DNA of 64,000 nt, from NCBI GenBank assembly GCA_051362555.1, contig CM120640.1, positions 27,242,503 through 27,306,502 on the forward strand. Reading direction: 5' to 3'. The stretch's first letter is position 1; every line of letters begins with the position of its first letter. The notes under the pieces were generated by a model. The model saw nothing but the letters and a program-made list of their open reading frames with translations, was not told the DNA's origin and made no database searches. Of the stretch, positions 15,401 to 28,849 are shown piece after piece. The stretch is from Lingula anatina. Lineage: Eukaryota; Animalia; Brachiopoda. Position numbers and translations under genes: made by a program.

Positions 15401-18400
15401 TTTATTAATTAATTAATTTATCTATTTATTTATTTTTGTTATCAGTTATGGCGATTTTCACTATCAGCTTTGAAATATAAAATATATTCACAAATAAACA
15501 TCCAGTGAGTGTGACCATTAGGGTCTTTTTCATAAGGCACGTGCACAATGCTATATGAACCTTCGTAAGTGTCTTATGACTCACTACCTTGCAGAGTAAT
15601 TACAAAAATTTTAACGGCCAGTATCTGATTTATATAAAAAAAATTAGTATAGGGCCCTCTAGTTTCAATGAAAATTACCGACAAATTGTAAAACCTTGTC
15701 TTAAAAGTGAAGCTCTGCTGTCGCGAAATCATTGGCGAAAAAAATGTTCATTTCGCGTGATGTCAGCTTCTTGTGCGACTGTGGGACCTCGGAACAGATG
15801 TGAGCTCAGTTGGCGTAAAATAGTGCTGTACAAAGCAGTAAAGAATTGCACGATATGTGGATCACAACATTAGCCTACAACAGATTAACCTACTATTAGT
15901 ATATTTTTCCCGAGCTCCATTGCTGTTCGGCACCAATGCTCGGTGCTAAAATATACATTATGGGATGCTTTTAAGATAATACACTTTTCTTTTCTTCGTG
16001 CAGGTCTTGGTATTCTAACCCTCGTTGTAGATACGTTGTAATATTTCAAGTAGGTTGCGCACACCAAAAAGGTTGATACTCTTGGGTAGTAACCAACGGT
16101 TAGAGTCATAACGAGAATGTCTCAAAAGACCGAGAACAAATGACCTCCGTGTAGCTTTTTGACGTCTAGGAAAGAAAGTCAAGTTTCTCAAAACGTGTTA
16201 GTTGAAAGATAGTAAATATCAGTCGATAATTTTGCCGGACCTTGAGGCGTAATTTTGATAGATATTTTTATTGTGTTTTTCCTTGAAGAATAGAGCTTTT
16301 TGTTTATCTAAAATATTTTCACAGATTTCATCTAATATATTTTCGAATTTTACAACACATCGATATTTCTTGAAAAATAAAAATCGAGTTTTGAGATCTT
16401 AAATATTGAATTATTCTAAATTGCTTGTCAGCCGATATAATCAAGCACCCTTAACAAGACTGCATGGTACAGGTGACGTGGTTTCTCCGATGGTCACCTT
16501 TGAAGTCAGAAAGTTCCCGTTTACCAACAGAATTAGAGGGTCTTAGCTATTGTTAGGGAAGCCTAAGTTAACACATCGAATAACAGCTGTGCATTGGAGC
16601 CATTGTGCAATCAAAAAGCCGGTCCATTGGCCGATTAACCAGCCTACAATACCTCGGGAAAACAGCGATTCGCGAGTTAAATACCTGAAAGGGAATAGGG
16701 ACTTAAAAGCCGCTTAGCCTGACTTAAAGAATGACGAACCATTCAAGCTTTCTGATAAACTCCTTTTTTCTTCGAGTAAGTCTCCGTCTGGTTCAATGGT
16801 AATGGAACTGTCTGAGAAATTATATGCTTAATTAACAACTTAATCAAATATTTATTATTAATGAACGCTCAGGTTCAGTGCCGGTCTCAAGTCAGCAGTC
16901 TGATGAGATTTTTTTTTCTTGTTTCAAAATGAAAATACAAAGCGAGGTAATGATAAATAATGTATTTATTAGCTCATTCATCTGCATAAAATATTTCTTT
17001 TTAAATACCACAAAACATTAATTATTAAATAAAAATATATCTGAGACCGGATTTAGTGTCTGTTGCAACTTTATAATGGTACTTATTACCTATTTTAAAT
17101 AGTCCCCTGAGTAAAAAAAATGCAGACAGTTTACTTTTTCTAAGACGTTTATCCTTGTATTAAATAGAGATTTAATTATGGTTTAACAGAGGAGCAACCT
17201 GTGCCTACAGACCATGACTGCACATGTTGATATGAAAATCCATATACTCACACGTGTTGTAAAATGCGAGATAAATGAACGGAGTGTTAGTGGGAAACCT
17301 TGCGCTTTGAGCGTTCCAATTCAACATTATTGTATTAGGGCTATTGACAGAGCATTTCTACCGAGTAAATTTGACCGAATTTACGAGCCGTACCATGGGA
17401 CTCTACGTTGTAGTAAATCTAGCCCGCGGCAGTATAAAATAAAATTTAGGTCAATAAAAAACTGCATACTTTGGGTCGTGTCTAGTAGAAAATTGTTATC
17501 ATTTATTCTTTGTTTTTCTTCATAAATATTTCAACTAGATCATATGACAGAGATGCAGATTTCCTTAATTTATATCTAATTGATCACATATTGCCTCATA
17601 AGCAGCCAAATCGAAAGTATTGGCAAATCTACATATGCTGAAGTACAGAGATGATATATAGTAAGTACAGAGGTACACAGATGTTTGTTTGGGAATGTAT
17701 ATTGAGCACGAACCCTAGCTACGGTTCTGAAGACACTGATTCAACCCGACTAATGATAATAATTCCACATATCAGTACAAGGAAGTAGTGACTGAGCCTT
17801 CGCACTGGTAAATGAGTGAGTTTAAAGGAGATGGAAATATGGTTGTGGCATCAAACTTCTGGCCATCATCATTAACTCTCTCGCTTTCTCTCTTTGTGAT
17901 TAATATTGTAATAACAGGCAGAGATAATTCAAGGAGTCTGGTCTCTTAACCTAACGACCTCTAAACAATTCACATCAGGTATAAATAAAAAGAAGACAAT
18001 CACGACTGTGACATGCAAACGTATAAAAAAAACATTGTAGAGATATTCAAGAAAATAGGTCGCCTTTGGGGATATTCATTTACTAAAGCAAAAGATAGAA
18101 TGGGATTTATACACCCACTGGAATTTCTTATTTCTAAAAACTAAATAAATGCTTTGGCATTGCCGAGTGGCACGTTGTTTTGTTTACTTACTCCATACTT
18201 TCATAAATTAATACCCTAACTAAAAACTAAACACTAACATTTCATGTCTTACTATGTACACGCAATAAACAGAATAAATTTTAAATTACACAACTTTTAT
18301 ATTTACATTGATTAAAATATATGAACTTAAGTCTGGTACTCTGCGTCTATAAATACATAAATACAGAGTGACAAGCCTGCAAGGACAAAAGCACCAGCAT

Positions 18401-18896
18401 GTATAAAATAACAACTTTCTTTGTCTTTGCACTTTAACTTAAAACAAATACAGAAATAATGAAAATAATAATATATAAACTCTATAAAAATCTTCTGCCA
18501 TTTGTACAAGTATATTTCCTTAAATCTCGGTTTTCATTGGTGAAATAGGTAGGTAGGTTATAGAACATGAGTATACTCATCTGTGTCGTCTGCAACAGTG
18601 CAGATGTCACAGCTTGTCGTCTGCCAAGGTAACTTGATCGTCTGCTTTCATCAATTTGGAACAGTGTCATCTGTCCAGAAATGGAAGAATCGTTTCTGTT
18701 AGACGTGGATTGAGACCAGTCTAGGTGGGAAAAAAGTAACTTATTCAGGAACGATAATTTACGATAAAACACATCGTTCCCAAAATAACAAGTTTTTGTT
18801 ATAAATGGCGATTGTTCTCAATATTTGGAAGAAAAATTTGTCACTGAGTAGCACCTGTAGAGATAATATGTCCATGAAATGCTCACAAACGTCTTT

Positions 18897-20141
18897 TTAC
18901 GCCGTCGTCGGATGATGTTGATTTACAACGAGAGATTGTGGCATAGTCTGTGGCATAGTCTGTGGCACAGTGTGGGGGGGGAGGTGGGCTTGATGGTGAT
19001 GGTGATGAGGCATAAGCGGAGAGCCGTTTCCTCCGTGGTGTATTGGGCTGCCGTTAGGATGCTGTTGTAACGGACTCCCATGCATGGGACTGTGGTGCTC
19101 TGAAGGGTCATAGCCCGGTGGCGCGGGAATGAATTCCCCGTTAGGTCCTATCGTCCCTGGGGGCGTCATTCTTTTCTCCTTCTGTCGTCTGTTACAAAAC
19201 CATACGCGCACCACTTCTTTCTCTAGTTGTAACGAATCTGCGAGTTGTGTTATTTCTTGCGCTGATGGTTTGGGTTGCTTAAGAAAATGGTTTTCAAGAG
19301 CGCCTTTTACAGTCACTTCAATACTAGTGCGCTTTTTACGCTTACGCCCCTGCGCTGCAATTTTATCAATACTAGTAGGTGACCCTGATGTAGAATCTGC
19401 TTCTTCGAGCCATTTTTGAAGTAAAGGCTTTAGTTTACACATGTTCTTAAAACTCAACTGCAAAGCTTCAAATCGACAAATTGTCGTTTGACTAAAAACG
19501 TTACCGTATAATGTTCCCAGGGCCAGCCCAACGTCTGCCTGCGTAAAACCTAATTTGATCCGCCTCTGTTTGAATTGTTTGGCAAATTGTTCCAAGTCAT
19601 CTGAGGTTGGGGTGTCCTCATCCGAAATTTCGGCATGTTGGCGTTCCAAGTCGTCGACTGTGGGATCGCGTAAAGCTGGATGAATTTGTTGTGGACTTAA
19701 CATGCCATTCATGTTGAGCCCGTACCCTCCCTGGTGGGGTGGCTGATGGGTCAGAGGGGACGTGTTGTTGCCCATCCCAAGGTGGGTCTGAACCATCCCC
19801 CCGTGAGTCGCCCAGCCGTGGGCCGCTGGAATGTGGGTCTGATGAGACTGGCGCAAATCTGCCATGTTTTGTTTCATGTCTTGTCCCCCATACAGTCCTG
19901 GGGGTGTCGTACTGGCAGGGGGCCAGTGTCCCGAGTCACTATGTGTTGGAATACCTGTGATCCACTGTGGATGCCCCATAAAGTGCCCATTTTGGTTGTG
20001 AGCTGACATGTACTTCATGTCGCTTAAATGATCTCGGTGGTACATCTCTTGCGAATGCATTCCGTGGCTTTCCACTGGTGATTCTGTAAACACAGCCTGA
20101 GCACTGGTGGCTATGTACAGATCTGTCGCTGTTGTGGTCAT
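18897..20141 (-). CDS. POU3: Class III POU-domain homeobox transcription factor (POU3 / Brn1/2/4 / vvl orthologue), 414 aa, CDS in one exon
   Basis: POU-specific domain ([69 protein letters not shown]), class III linker ([16 protein letters not shown]) and POU homeodomain ([10 protein letters not shown]...[16 protein letters not shown]); His/Pro/Gln-rich termini. Confidence 0.98.
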   Translation of the reverse strand: MTTTATDLYIATSAQAVFTESPVESHGMHSQEMYHRDHLSDMKYMSAHNQNGHFMGHPQWITGIPTHSDSGHWPPASTTPPGLYGGQDMKQNMADLRQSHQTHIPAAHGWATHGGMVQTHLGMGNNTSPLTHQPPHQGGYGLNMNGMLSPQQIHPALRDPTVDDLERQHAEISDEDTPTSDDLEQFAKQFKQRRIKLGFTQADVGLALGTLYGNVFSQTTICRFEALQLSFKNMCKLKPLLQKWLEEADSTSGSPTSIDKIAAQGRKRKKRTSIEVTVKGALENHFLKQPKPSAQEITQLADSLQLEKEVVRVWFCNRRQKEKRMTPPGTIGPNGEFIPAPPGYDPSEHHSPMHGSPLQQHPNGSPIHHGGNGSPLMPHHHHHQAHLPPHTVPQTMPQTMPQSLVVNQHHPTTA

Positions 20142-20264
20142 CCTACTGCTAGGGGAGGCTCGTGTTAGCTGATCTGAAATGCAAAACGGGACCTCACTTT
20201 ATGTGTTATGGATGAGGAGCCTTATCATTACCGCGGCCACGACTTCTTAGCTTGTAAGCATGGC

Positions 20265-20352
20265 GCTGATTGGTCACTGCTGACTTGATTGACACATGCA
20301 GCACTTAAAGGTGAATGCATTATAATGAAGAAAACGTGGGTTTGATTGGTTT
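20265..20352 (-). promoter_or_regulatory. Candidate POU3 proximal promoter: two CCAAT boxes flanking a TALE-type TGATTGACAC
   Basis: ATTGG (CCAAT on - strand) at 20269-20273 and 20345-20349; TGATTGACAC at 20286-20295; all 130-210 nt upstream of the POU3 ATG. Motif matches only. Confidence 0.45.
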
Positions 20353-21984
20353 GGTTGAAAGGGAAAGTGTCATACATTTGTGTTTCTAGTCTAAGTCGTG
20401 AAAGCAAACACCGACACAAGTTGATTCCTCTATAAACAAAATTTTATTTGAGTAAAGCGAACGAGTTAAAGCCCCATCTTGCGTTCTTACCGCGGCAGAA
20501 AGGTAGACACGGCTTGGTGAGCAGAGGGGACTACTTCAATGCCTCTATTGTTACAGAATGAAAATCTAGGCCGCGACTGAAGTTAAGGTCGCTTCATTTT
20601 AAAAAGAGATTAATGACCCATAGGCATAAAGTCAACGGGAATCTTAAGGCACGTAAAATAACTTACCTGTGCGCAGTAAAGGCTAACTTAACTAGCACTG
20701 AAATCAGCAACCTGCTAAGTTTAATTAAACTCTAAACGGCATTCTGACAACTAATTTTCCCCTTCACTCGGCCTTTGCTTAATTAATGAAGGAACATCAG
20801 AGCAAGCGTGAAGCACGATAACAGCATCACTTGTGTTACGTTCTTTGGCCCTATAGTCGCACAATTTTAATTCACGCCTTAACCTAACTTTTGATGAGAA
20901 TTAGCAAGCAAACAGTTAACATTTTGTAAACAACCAGTAACTAAAACTAACCATCAGCTGAAATAAAATGAAGTTAATCAATAGTTAGCGAAAACTTATA
21001 ATAATACTTGTGATTTTAGCTTGATGTGCGGCAGTAGTAGAATATTCAAACAATATTTCTAGAAAACCCAAGTGCTAGCACACATCAGCTTATGATATTA
21101 GCCGATTGCGTTCATTTGTCATTGGTATATTTAGCACTATTGCTCTTTAAAAAAGCTTTTGAAAGGAGGTCATTCTTTTGGGCACATAATAAATAGTATC
21201 GCGGGAAGATGAAAAGATCTGAAGTCTTTACAACTTATCGCTCTTACTTCTTACCTACTTAATAATTTCAAATAATTATCAGAAATGAAAATAGCATTCA
21301 AGATCGCTCATGTTGTTCTCTAAATTACCCAAATTTTAACTATCGTGTGAAAATCTAAATTGAGCGGCAGCTTCAAACTTCAAAACTAAAATCAAAGTGT
21401 AGAATTGCGACAGTAAGGAAAAAAACGTTTTGTCCAATGTCGCGTGTTCACGTCCTTATCCCGGCTTGTCACCAGAGATTAGTGCCCACGACAAGGAGCG
21501 AAAGTGGATGTTAAAGTTTGCATGAGTTTGGCTGGGATCGAATTTCAAAGTTTTGACAAAGTCTTGAAGTCACAGCGGTGGTTTGTCGATGACGGCATCA
21601 GAGGTCGCTGGTGATTGTTTCACGGGCACTGAGGATAATAATAGAGTAATTAAAGGGTGCCGCGTAGTAAGGGTTTCTATCGTATCATGGAACGCCGAAA
21701 AATGCCCTCCCTCGGAGACCATTTAGTTCTGCAGTCGAAATTAGTTTGGATATCGAAATAAACGTGCATGAAATTGAAAATTAGTATCAACAGGAAAAAG
21801 TGATGTATCAAAACCACCAAATTGTGAAAGTGCAAGTTTCCGACGACATTTTTATCTCCCATAGACTTAGTCTGCCACCTACGGGATATAAAGCCTTTTG
21901 TCTGACACCTGTCCGAGACAGAAAAAATCACTCCCTCTGTGTAGGTGAAAGTTCGTAAAATTATTAGTCATGCGTGAACAGCAT

Positions 21985-21999
21985 CCCCCCCCCCCCCCC
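21985..21999. repeat. Poly-C homopolymer
   Basis: Run of about 15 C. Confidence 0.9.
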
Positions 22000-24900
22000 A
22001 AACAACATTAGCACATCGCGGTCGTATTATAGTATATGTCTGACCTTAAATCTCATGCAATATTCATTAAGTGGACAATCAAAGAGTCGGCCGTGAAAAG
22101 ACTCATCTCACGAATCCAGTAGCCTCACTACTATTACTCGCACACCCACACAAACGCGGTCAAGACAAGAACCAGGAACTATGTTGAAATGATTCCCAGA
22201 AATAACGTGAAAAATAAGGCGATGAGTACAGTGACATTACATGATCTGGTGTTTTTACAATAAACAATACAAACAGTGACTTTTCTGAATTTCTCTGTCA
22301 TAAATTTTAATTTATATAAAACGCACAGTGGGTTGACCTAAGTTGAGAGTTAAGTGGCTCGTTTTTTGTTTACCTGGTGGTGGGGTTACCAGCCCTTTGT
22401 CCACAAGATATAATCGGTAAACAGGTGGAGAAGGTGGATTAAAATCTCCCTTTCGTGGTTGTATGTATTAAACAAGTTGAAGGGCTTAAGCCCTCTGTTA
22501 TATACAGCATTCGGGGGCAATGCCGGACTAATAAAATTCCTGGTAACAGAATTAGGGACTTAGGTAACTGCTTTGGTCAGCAACTGTTTAAGCCATCATC
22601 GGTCATCCAAGTGACCTTCATCGAGAAGTAATGCGTTAATCTTTCATCAAAAAAAAAATACCCAGCAAAAATATATTTTATTCATTCATCTCTTGGGAAC
22701 GAAAATCGCCTCCAGTCAAGGTTCGTTCATATAACATGACAAGGCCAATTTTACATGCCTTTATCAGGGCCGCCATCTCTTTTCCTTACCCCACATTCAG
22801 TAAAGACAAAATATCAGACAATATTAAACTTTCTCATCTCAAGGCACTTCGGTGATGCCAGATAAATTAACCTAACAAAAAGAAGGAGATCTTATTTTGA
22901 TTCATCGCAAAGATTATGTTTGCAGCGTAAAGTCGCACAAAAAACCGTCAACAGCGATCTGGTGCCTCTCATAAGACGCACTAATGGGAACTGATCTACA
23001 TTGTACAAGAGCGTGTGTAATTTATGATTTCTTAAATAAACGTGTTATTTTGTTGTAGGAAAGCTACTAGTAGTATAAATCAATTTTAATGTCGCTTAAG
23101 CTCGTTAAGTATCCTAGGCGCGGCACCTTTCTTTGCCCGGGATGACTCGTTTGCTATGTGCACCCATGCGAAGGAGAAGCACTGTCACTTTTAAGCAAAC
23201 CTTTTTTTTTTCTTCATAACCCAGAGTATGGTTATAACACGTAAACAACAGCGATAAAGTTAATGGATTGTGTTATTACTAAACTTGCCGCAGCTAATGC
23301 ACGGAACACCTCAATTTCAGCTTTCATTGGTTTGTCCTGCATGTCTATTTCCGTCAGATGAGGGATGAATCCGTTTATGACTTAATATAGCATTCATTAA
23401 TCCGAAGAATATAAATTAATAGAAACCATCCCGCTATTTTCATAGAAACGGTTAGCCTGCCACGAAGCCGTAAAGAAATACACTCTTAAAAATGACTCTT
23501 CAAGTCTTTTATAACAACATCATGTTTTAGCCAAGGAATTGTATAAGAAATAGCCATTACAAAGATTTTGCTGTTTATATTTAACAATGAAAAAATGCCC
23601 TCGACACGCGTAACTAGGAAATGTTATCGACGAATTAATTATGATTCATTTGTCTAACAAATGCATCTTATTCATGTTTTGCTGATTTCTTCTTTTTCTG
23701 AACTCTACTCAAGTAAGCGTTTTATGAAATTGACCAAAGAAATATAGTGATAGGAAATAACAGCTTTAGTAAATGCCACAAGAAGTGCGTCATGTGCTAA
23801 TGATAGTGTACGTAGTGGTGCTTTAAAAAAATTGACTTCGGGCCTTATCTTGTGTATCGCCTTGTTCTTTACGACGATCCATTCAGATTTTGGTGACCTT
23901 GGCATCCTTGAGCCGTGAAAAGATTTACCTGTGTCCCGGGGAATCAAGAATTACTCCGTCTAACCTAAAGCGAAGGAAATACAGCGCACGCAGGAATCCG
24001 CATCTATTTGTTGACCGTAGAGCGATTGGTTACGTCTACGTAAATGTCTTTTATTGTCAAATGTAACGTACCCGAAATGACTCATACCAAAATAGAATGA
24101 ATTGACGTTGCCTAAAACGGGGATAAATAAAGCAAACAAACAAAGCGCGTCACATTTAACCTACTAACGTTTTACACTTGCATTTCTAGATTTTTTTCAT
24201 CATTGATAAATTCTTGTGTATCAACAACTGTGGTTATAAATAGTGTGTTGAATGTCTTTTTCTTCTCAATTGCACCGCTTACAAAATGATTAAGGCGGGT
24301 TCAGTATGATTCATTTTTTAAAAGTGCACAAGAAAACACTGCCCAGCATTGTCCAGGCATGTAATTCGTCATATCTTTCAGCGCCAAAAAGCGTCAGATT
24401 TTATTTGTCTTTCTATAAGTCTTTATGGTTAATGTTTCTCGTTGGTGACAGTTGTTTCCCCGTGGCTCGTTGCTGTCGGTTAAAAAACATAGATCTGTTG
24501 CCGGCCCCGCGAGCACTCGTAGCACAGCCTTGCACGGAGGATCTTTAGTTGCGAAAATAAAAAAGAATTCATGCACTAGCTTGACCAGTTTGATAGTCGC
24601 ATTTGAACACTATGAACCTTCCTTTTGATTATCTTACATTGCATTCCACAACGGCATTTTCTCGTACCTCTGTAAACATTTCTTGCATACCCATCACAAA
24701 CGCAACAAACGAGATTCAGTGGAAATATTTCGTTAAATTGTAAATAAGATATCAAAAGTCAAGATGGTTACAACTTTTTAATCTTTATTTTTCTTGAATT
24801 TTGTTAAAGAAGCTTCAGCACTGATTCTAGAATATAACGGGCATAATATCAGACAGCAGTGAAAGAGCATTCAAGAGATTCAACACAAAAATAGATACAT

Positions 24901-27900
24901 GTAATATATAAAAGAGTGAATTCGTACACCTTTCTGTGGCTCAAAGCGCAAGACGTATGGCACCGTGATCGTCTCTGCGTAGATTACAGGTGCGCCGACA
25001 CCGGCTTTCTTTGAATTACCTCAGCTTTTGTTTTCAACATCTAAGGAAGACAGCCCGCCACATGGACCAGACTCGGGCTGATCATAGCAGCCAGTTCAAT
25101 TTCTTTTCTAACTGTCCTTTTTATCAGCAGAAGTACACAATTGTCCAGGGTTTTCGGTCATTGTACTCGGTGCTATCCGGACGCTTTATCGACGGACATC
25201 TACAGGTGCTAGGGCCGCTGATGGGCGCTTTGCGAGACTGCACTTTTAAGTGAAGATTAAAATCTAACTATCGTGTTCGCCTAATGAAAACGCAAAGGTG
25301 GTTAAATACCTTTGTTCCCATTATCGAATCAAAACTGAAGTAATCTGTGCGCTTTATCCACTTCTATCGTTCTAATTATAATTGAGACATCCCGGTGTTT
25401 ACGCCTGGAATGCCTGATTGTTAGGGTCATCATTGCATCATAATTAGAGGTACACGTTTTTAGTGCCGCCGATAGCGCGGGGTTCTATCTACGGAGGTAT
25501 CGCGGACTGTCGAGATAGGACACTACGAACTTATCTGGCTGTTCAGCCTTAGAGAATGGGAAAGCACCAAGTAGCCGCCGAAAATAATCGACATGTTGGA
25601 GATATGGTCTGTTTGAAAATTAGAAAATAATTGGTCGGAAGAAACCACGGCGATTACTTAATCGGCGATGTTTTCCTTCAACGCAAAGCTGACCGCAAAG
25701 AGGCTCTTATGCGCCGTTTATTTTATAAAATCTCTGTTCAAAACTACAACAATAATAACACAATATACTGAGCCTCAAACGACCACACCGATATCTATCT
25801 TACATTAAAGAACAGCCTTAATACACCGTCTGATAGCTAAAACTGCAGTTCAGCTACATTCTTAATATCAACTGCCGAGAGGAAAATGATAATGAAGTTC
25901 GTGATCGCCTGAAAGCGTTCACCGTCTCCGCTCTATTTTCGTGACCGTTGTTTGTGACTCTGCCAAGGAAATATACCCAGGAGTCGATTACCCAGTTCCT
26001 TGTTCATTTATCACCGTGTTCTATCAGAGAAAACCGCTTGCAATCTGTGGCCTTAACCATCAAAGGAAATAATAATAGCTGCATCAACGCATTGTTCTGG
26101 TCTTCGCCGAAATTTATCACTTTTTATGCAAAGCATGTTACGTTATAACATATATGAATTTAGGATTAAAAAAAGAAACATTTTGGCATAGAAAAGGTGA
26201 TGAAAATTAGCAACAGACTTAACAACTTACTTCCATTGCTTTGAAAAGAATGCGTCGAAAGTAATGTCAAACACCATCATTGCGGTTCGAGAAAATTCAC
26301 AGCTTGGTCCAACCGCGAAAAGATGCAACAAGCGTTTCTCGCAGTTTGTATTCTAATTTGTGGAAGGCTATATTTAGGTATCCTTAAAACAGGTGAATCA
26401 TCACCCGCCCACCCCGATTTGTTACTTTTGACCGACGCTTTGCCTTGTGTGCAACACCCAGACTTTGTAATAAAAAAATGTTTTCAGGTCGCAAGAAGAC
26501 GCAATTTATAATCAGAATAGTCGTGGAATGTTACAACGGGGCTAAGATAAATATTTTCATATTATAGAACGTGATTCTTTTACAACTTTTTATCCCAGCC
26601 TTGTTTGAAGTCCAAGGCTACACCGGCGAAGTTAAAACTATGCACTTAATCATTTTCTGTTTGGCATGCATTAAATAACAAAACAATAATAGTTTTAGCT
26701 TGAGAATGTTTAGTGCATGTATGTATTTCTGAATTATAAAAAAATCTTAAAAATGAAAATCTAAAAAATATAAATATATATAAGACGGCGACCTGAGGGT
26801 ATCAGATAACAAATTATATCAATTTTTCGACCCTACTTTTGTCAGAGTGTGAAATAAGCGTAGCCAGAGCTGTATGTGTGGCATGGTGCTGCCCTTATAT
26901 CTCACCAAATAGACCGTTGTTTGGACAAGTGCTTGTCTAATTATCCCTATTTTTCTCACGCAAATGAACGTCTCCCAGAACCAGCAACTTCTTCTCATTT
27001 CAAGTCCCAGCAAAGCTAGCGACTGTAACGTAACAATAATAGCCCTACGGTCACCGAAACAAACAATACGACAATAAGCTTACTGCTCTCGAGGAAATGT
27101 ACCTGGGAGATGTTTTCCGAGAAATGGCATGTTAAGCCGCCACACCTGCCTTGCTTGGCACTTTCACCGAAACGAGGGTGGGGTAAACAAAGAGTTCGCA
27201 CATTCAAGGGGATTTCTATCGATGTGAACTACTGTTGGGCTGCAATCAATGGGAGTTTTGGGAGGCTTACGTCTAAACCACCTAGCACAACACTCTTCTA
27301 AGTTTACATCTTTGTCAAGAGGTGGGCTAGAGAAGAGAAGACAGGGGATAAAAAGCAATCTAAACGGTATTGGCCTGCTAATCAGTTAATTGCGTTTCAA
27401 AAACAAACAGAGGCAAATCAAGTGCTATTGATTTGTGTGCTTGGAGAGCAATTTGTGTCGACACGGATAATACTCAACTCACATCAAAGTTTTAGACGAT
27501 AAAAAAATGGTATGAAACCAGACGAAAATGCGTTACGAAGTCTTGAAGATAAACTAGAAGAGACAATTATTGTTATAAATACAATACGAGATATAAGTTT
27601 TTTACAAGATATATTTAATACTAAAATACTACAAAAATTAATATCTAAACTGACGAATTGAAATGATAAAAATTAATTAGTTTGTGTTATTTTTATTTCA
27701 TCTGTATTCGATACCAATGGAAAATATCTCTTTTGAAAGATAAAGACCGATAGACACACTCGTTATCTCTGGGAGACAGTGTACAAATCAGCCCAGCGCT
27801 TGACCACGTCTAGCTCGGACCTAACGTCTCCCTGTCCTTTCGATAAGCGTTCACTTTTTTTCATAATGTAAAAATCAATGCGGGGAGGATGTTGTCTTAC

Positions 27901-28785
27901 AGTTCGCCGGTGCTGTGTGGCGCCGTCCACATCTCGATACAGGAAGGCAAATGCGGGGCTTTTACCGACTTTAATTCCTGAAGACTAAGCCCGAGAAATT
28001 GTACCCCTTTTCCCCGTCATTATAGCGCGTTCTGGATAATCACCTCACAAAAAGAGACCAAATTAAACGCGGGTTTGTTTCTGAAGTCGGCGCGGCTCCT
28101 GTTTCGCAGCTCTGTGTAGAGGGATAAAAGGAGAGCGCAGTAAAGGAAATAAAGTGAAGCGTGTTTGATATCAGAAAAAAATCGTCTGTACCGCAGACAC
28201 GGCGGTGGGGAGGTTTTTCCTGTGCTCTGCCTTGCTGCAACCAAGCTGTGGCTTGTCCAACACAGAATCCGGTTACTGATGAACGATTAGTGGAGAGTTT
28301 TCACATTAGGATGTCTGACGGAGGGGGCTGGGATTTAGAAAAAAAAAAATAATGAATCTCATTATTTTATTGTTATTATGATTATTACTTTTTGTGTAAA
28401 ATCCTGTTCATTCAATGATTATGTCCATGCGAGAGGTGAGGGGTCATACTAAACAAACTCCGACTCAACTGATATGACTATCATTTTTAATCCTATGTTG
28501 GTTGCATATTCCATTATGAAATTCCTCTATTTTGTTCTTGTATTTTTTATTTATTAACATGGGACTATGTATCTTCCTCCTCGTGTTTACAATTAAAAGG
28601 GATGCATCATGGATCCCACTTCTTGGTATCATCATATTTATATTCATCTCTTTCCTTATGTACAGCATCTCACTGGCACTTCCCTCCCCTCCTCTTTATT
28701 GCATATCGTCTTCAACGTTTAAAATACTATTTCACATACTGGCCTAAAGAAAAAACATTCCCGTTTCAAGATATATTTCTTTCTT

Positions 28786-28787
<2 letters not shown>

Positions 28788-28848
<61 letters not shown>
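28788..28848. repeat. (ATT)n microsatellite
   Basis: About 20 perfect trinucleotide units. Confidence 0.97.

Positions 28849-28849
<1 letters not shown>

Noticed and set aside
18760-18899. Stop-codon readthrough of POU3 as in Drosophila vvl
   Set aside because: Stop is TAA-A (poor readthrough context) and the downstream frame of about 45 codons looks like ordinary UTR.
18879-20006. Several 60-96 aa ORFs overlapping POU3 in other frames or antisense
   Set aside because: Shadows of a GC-richer coding region.
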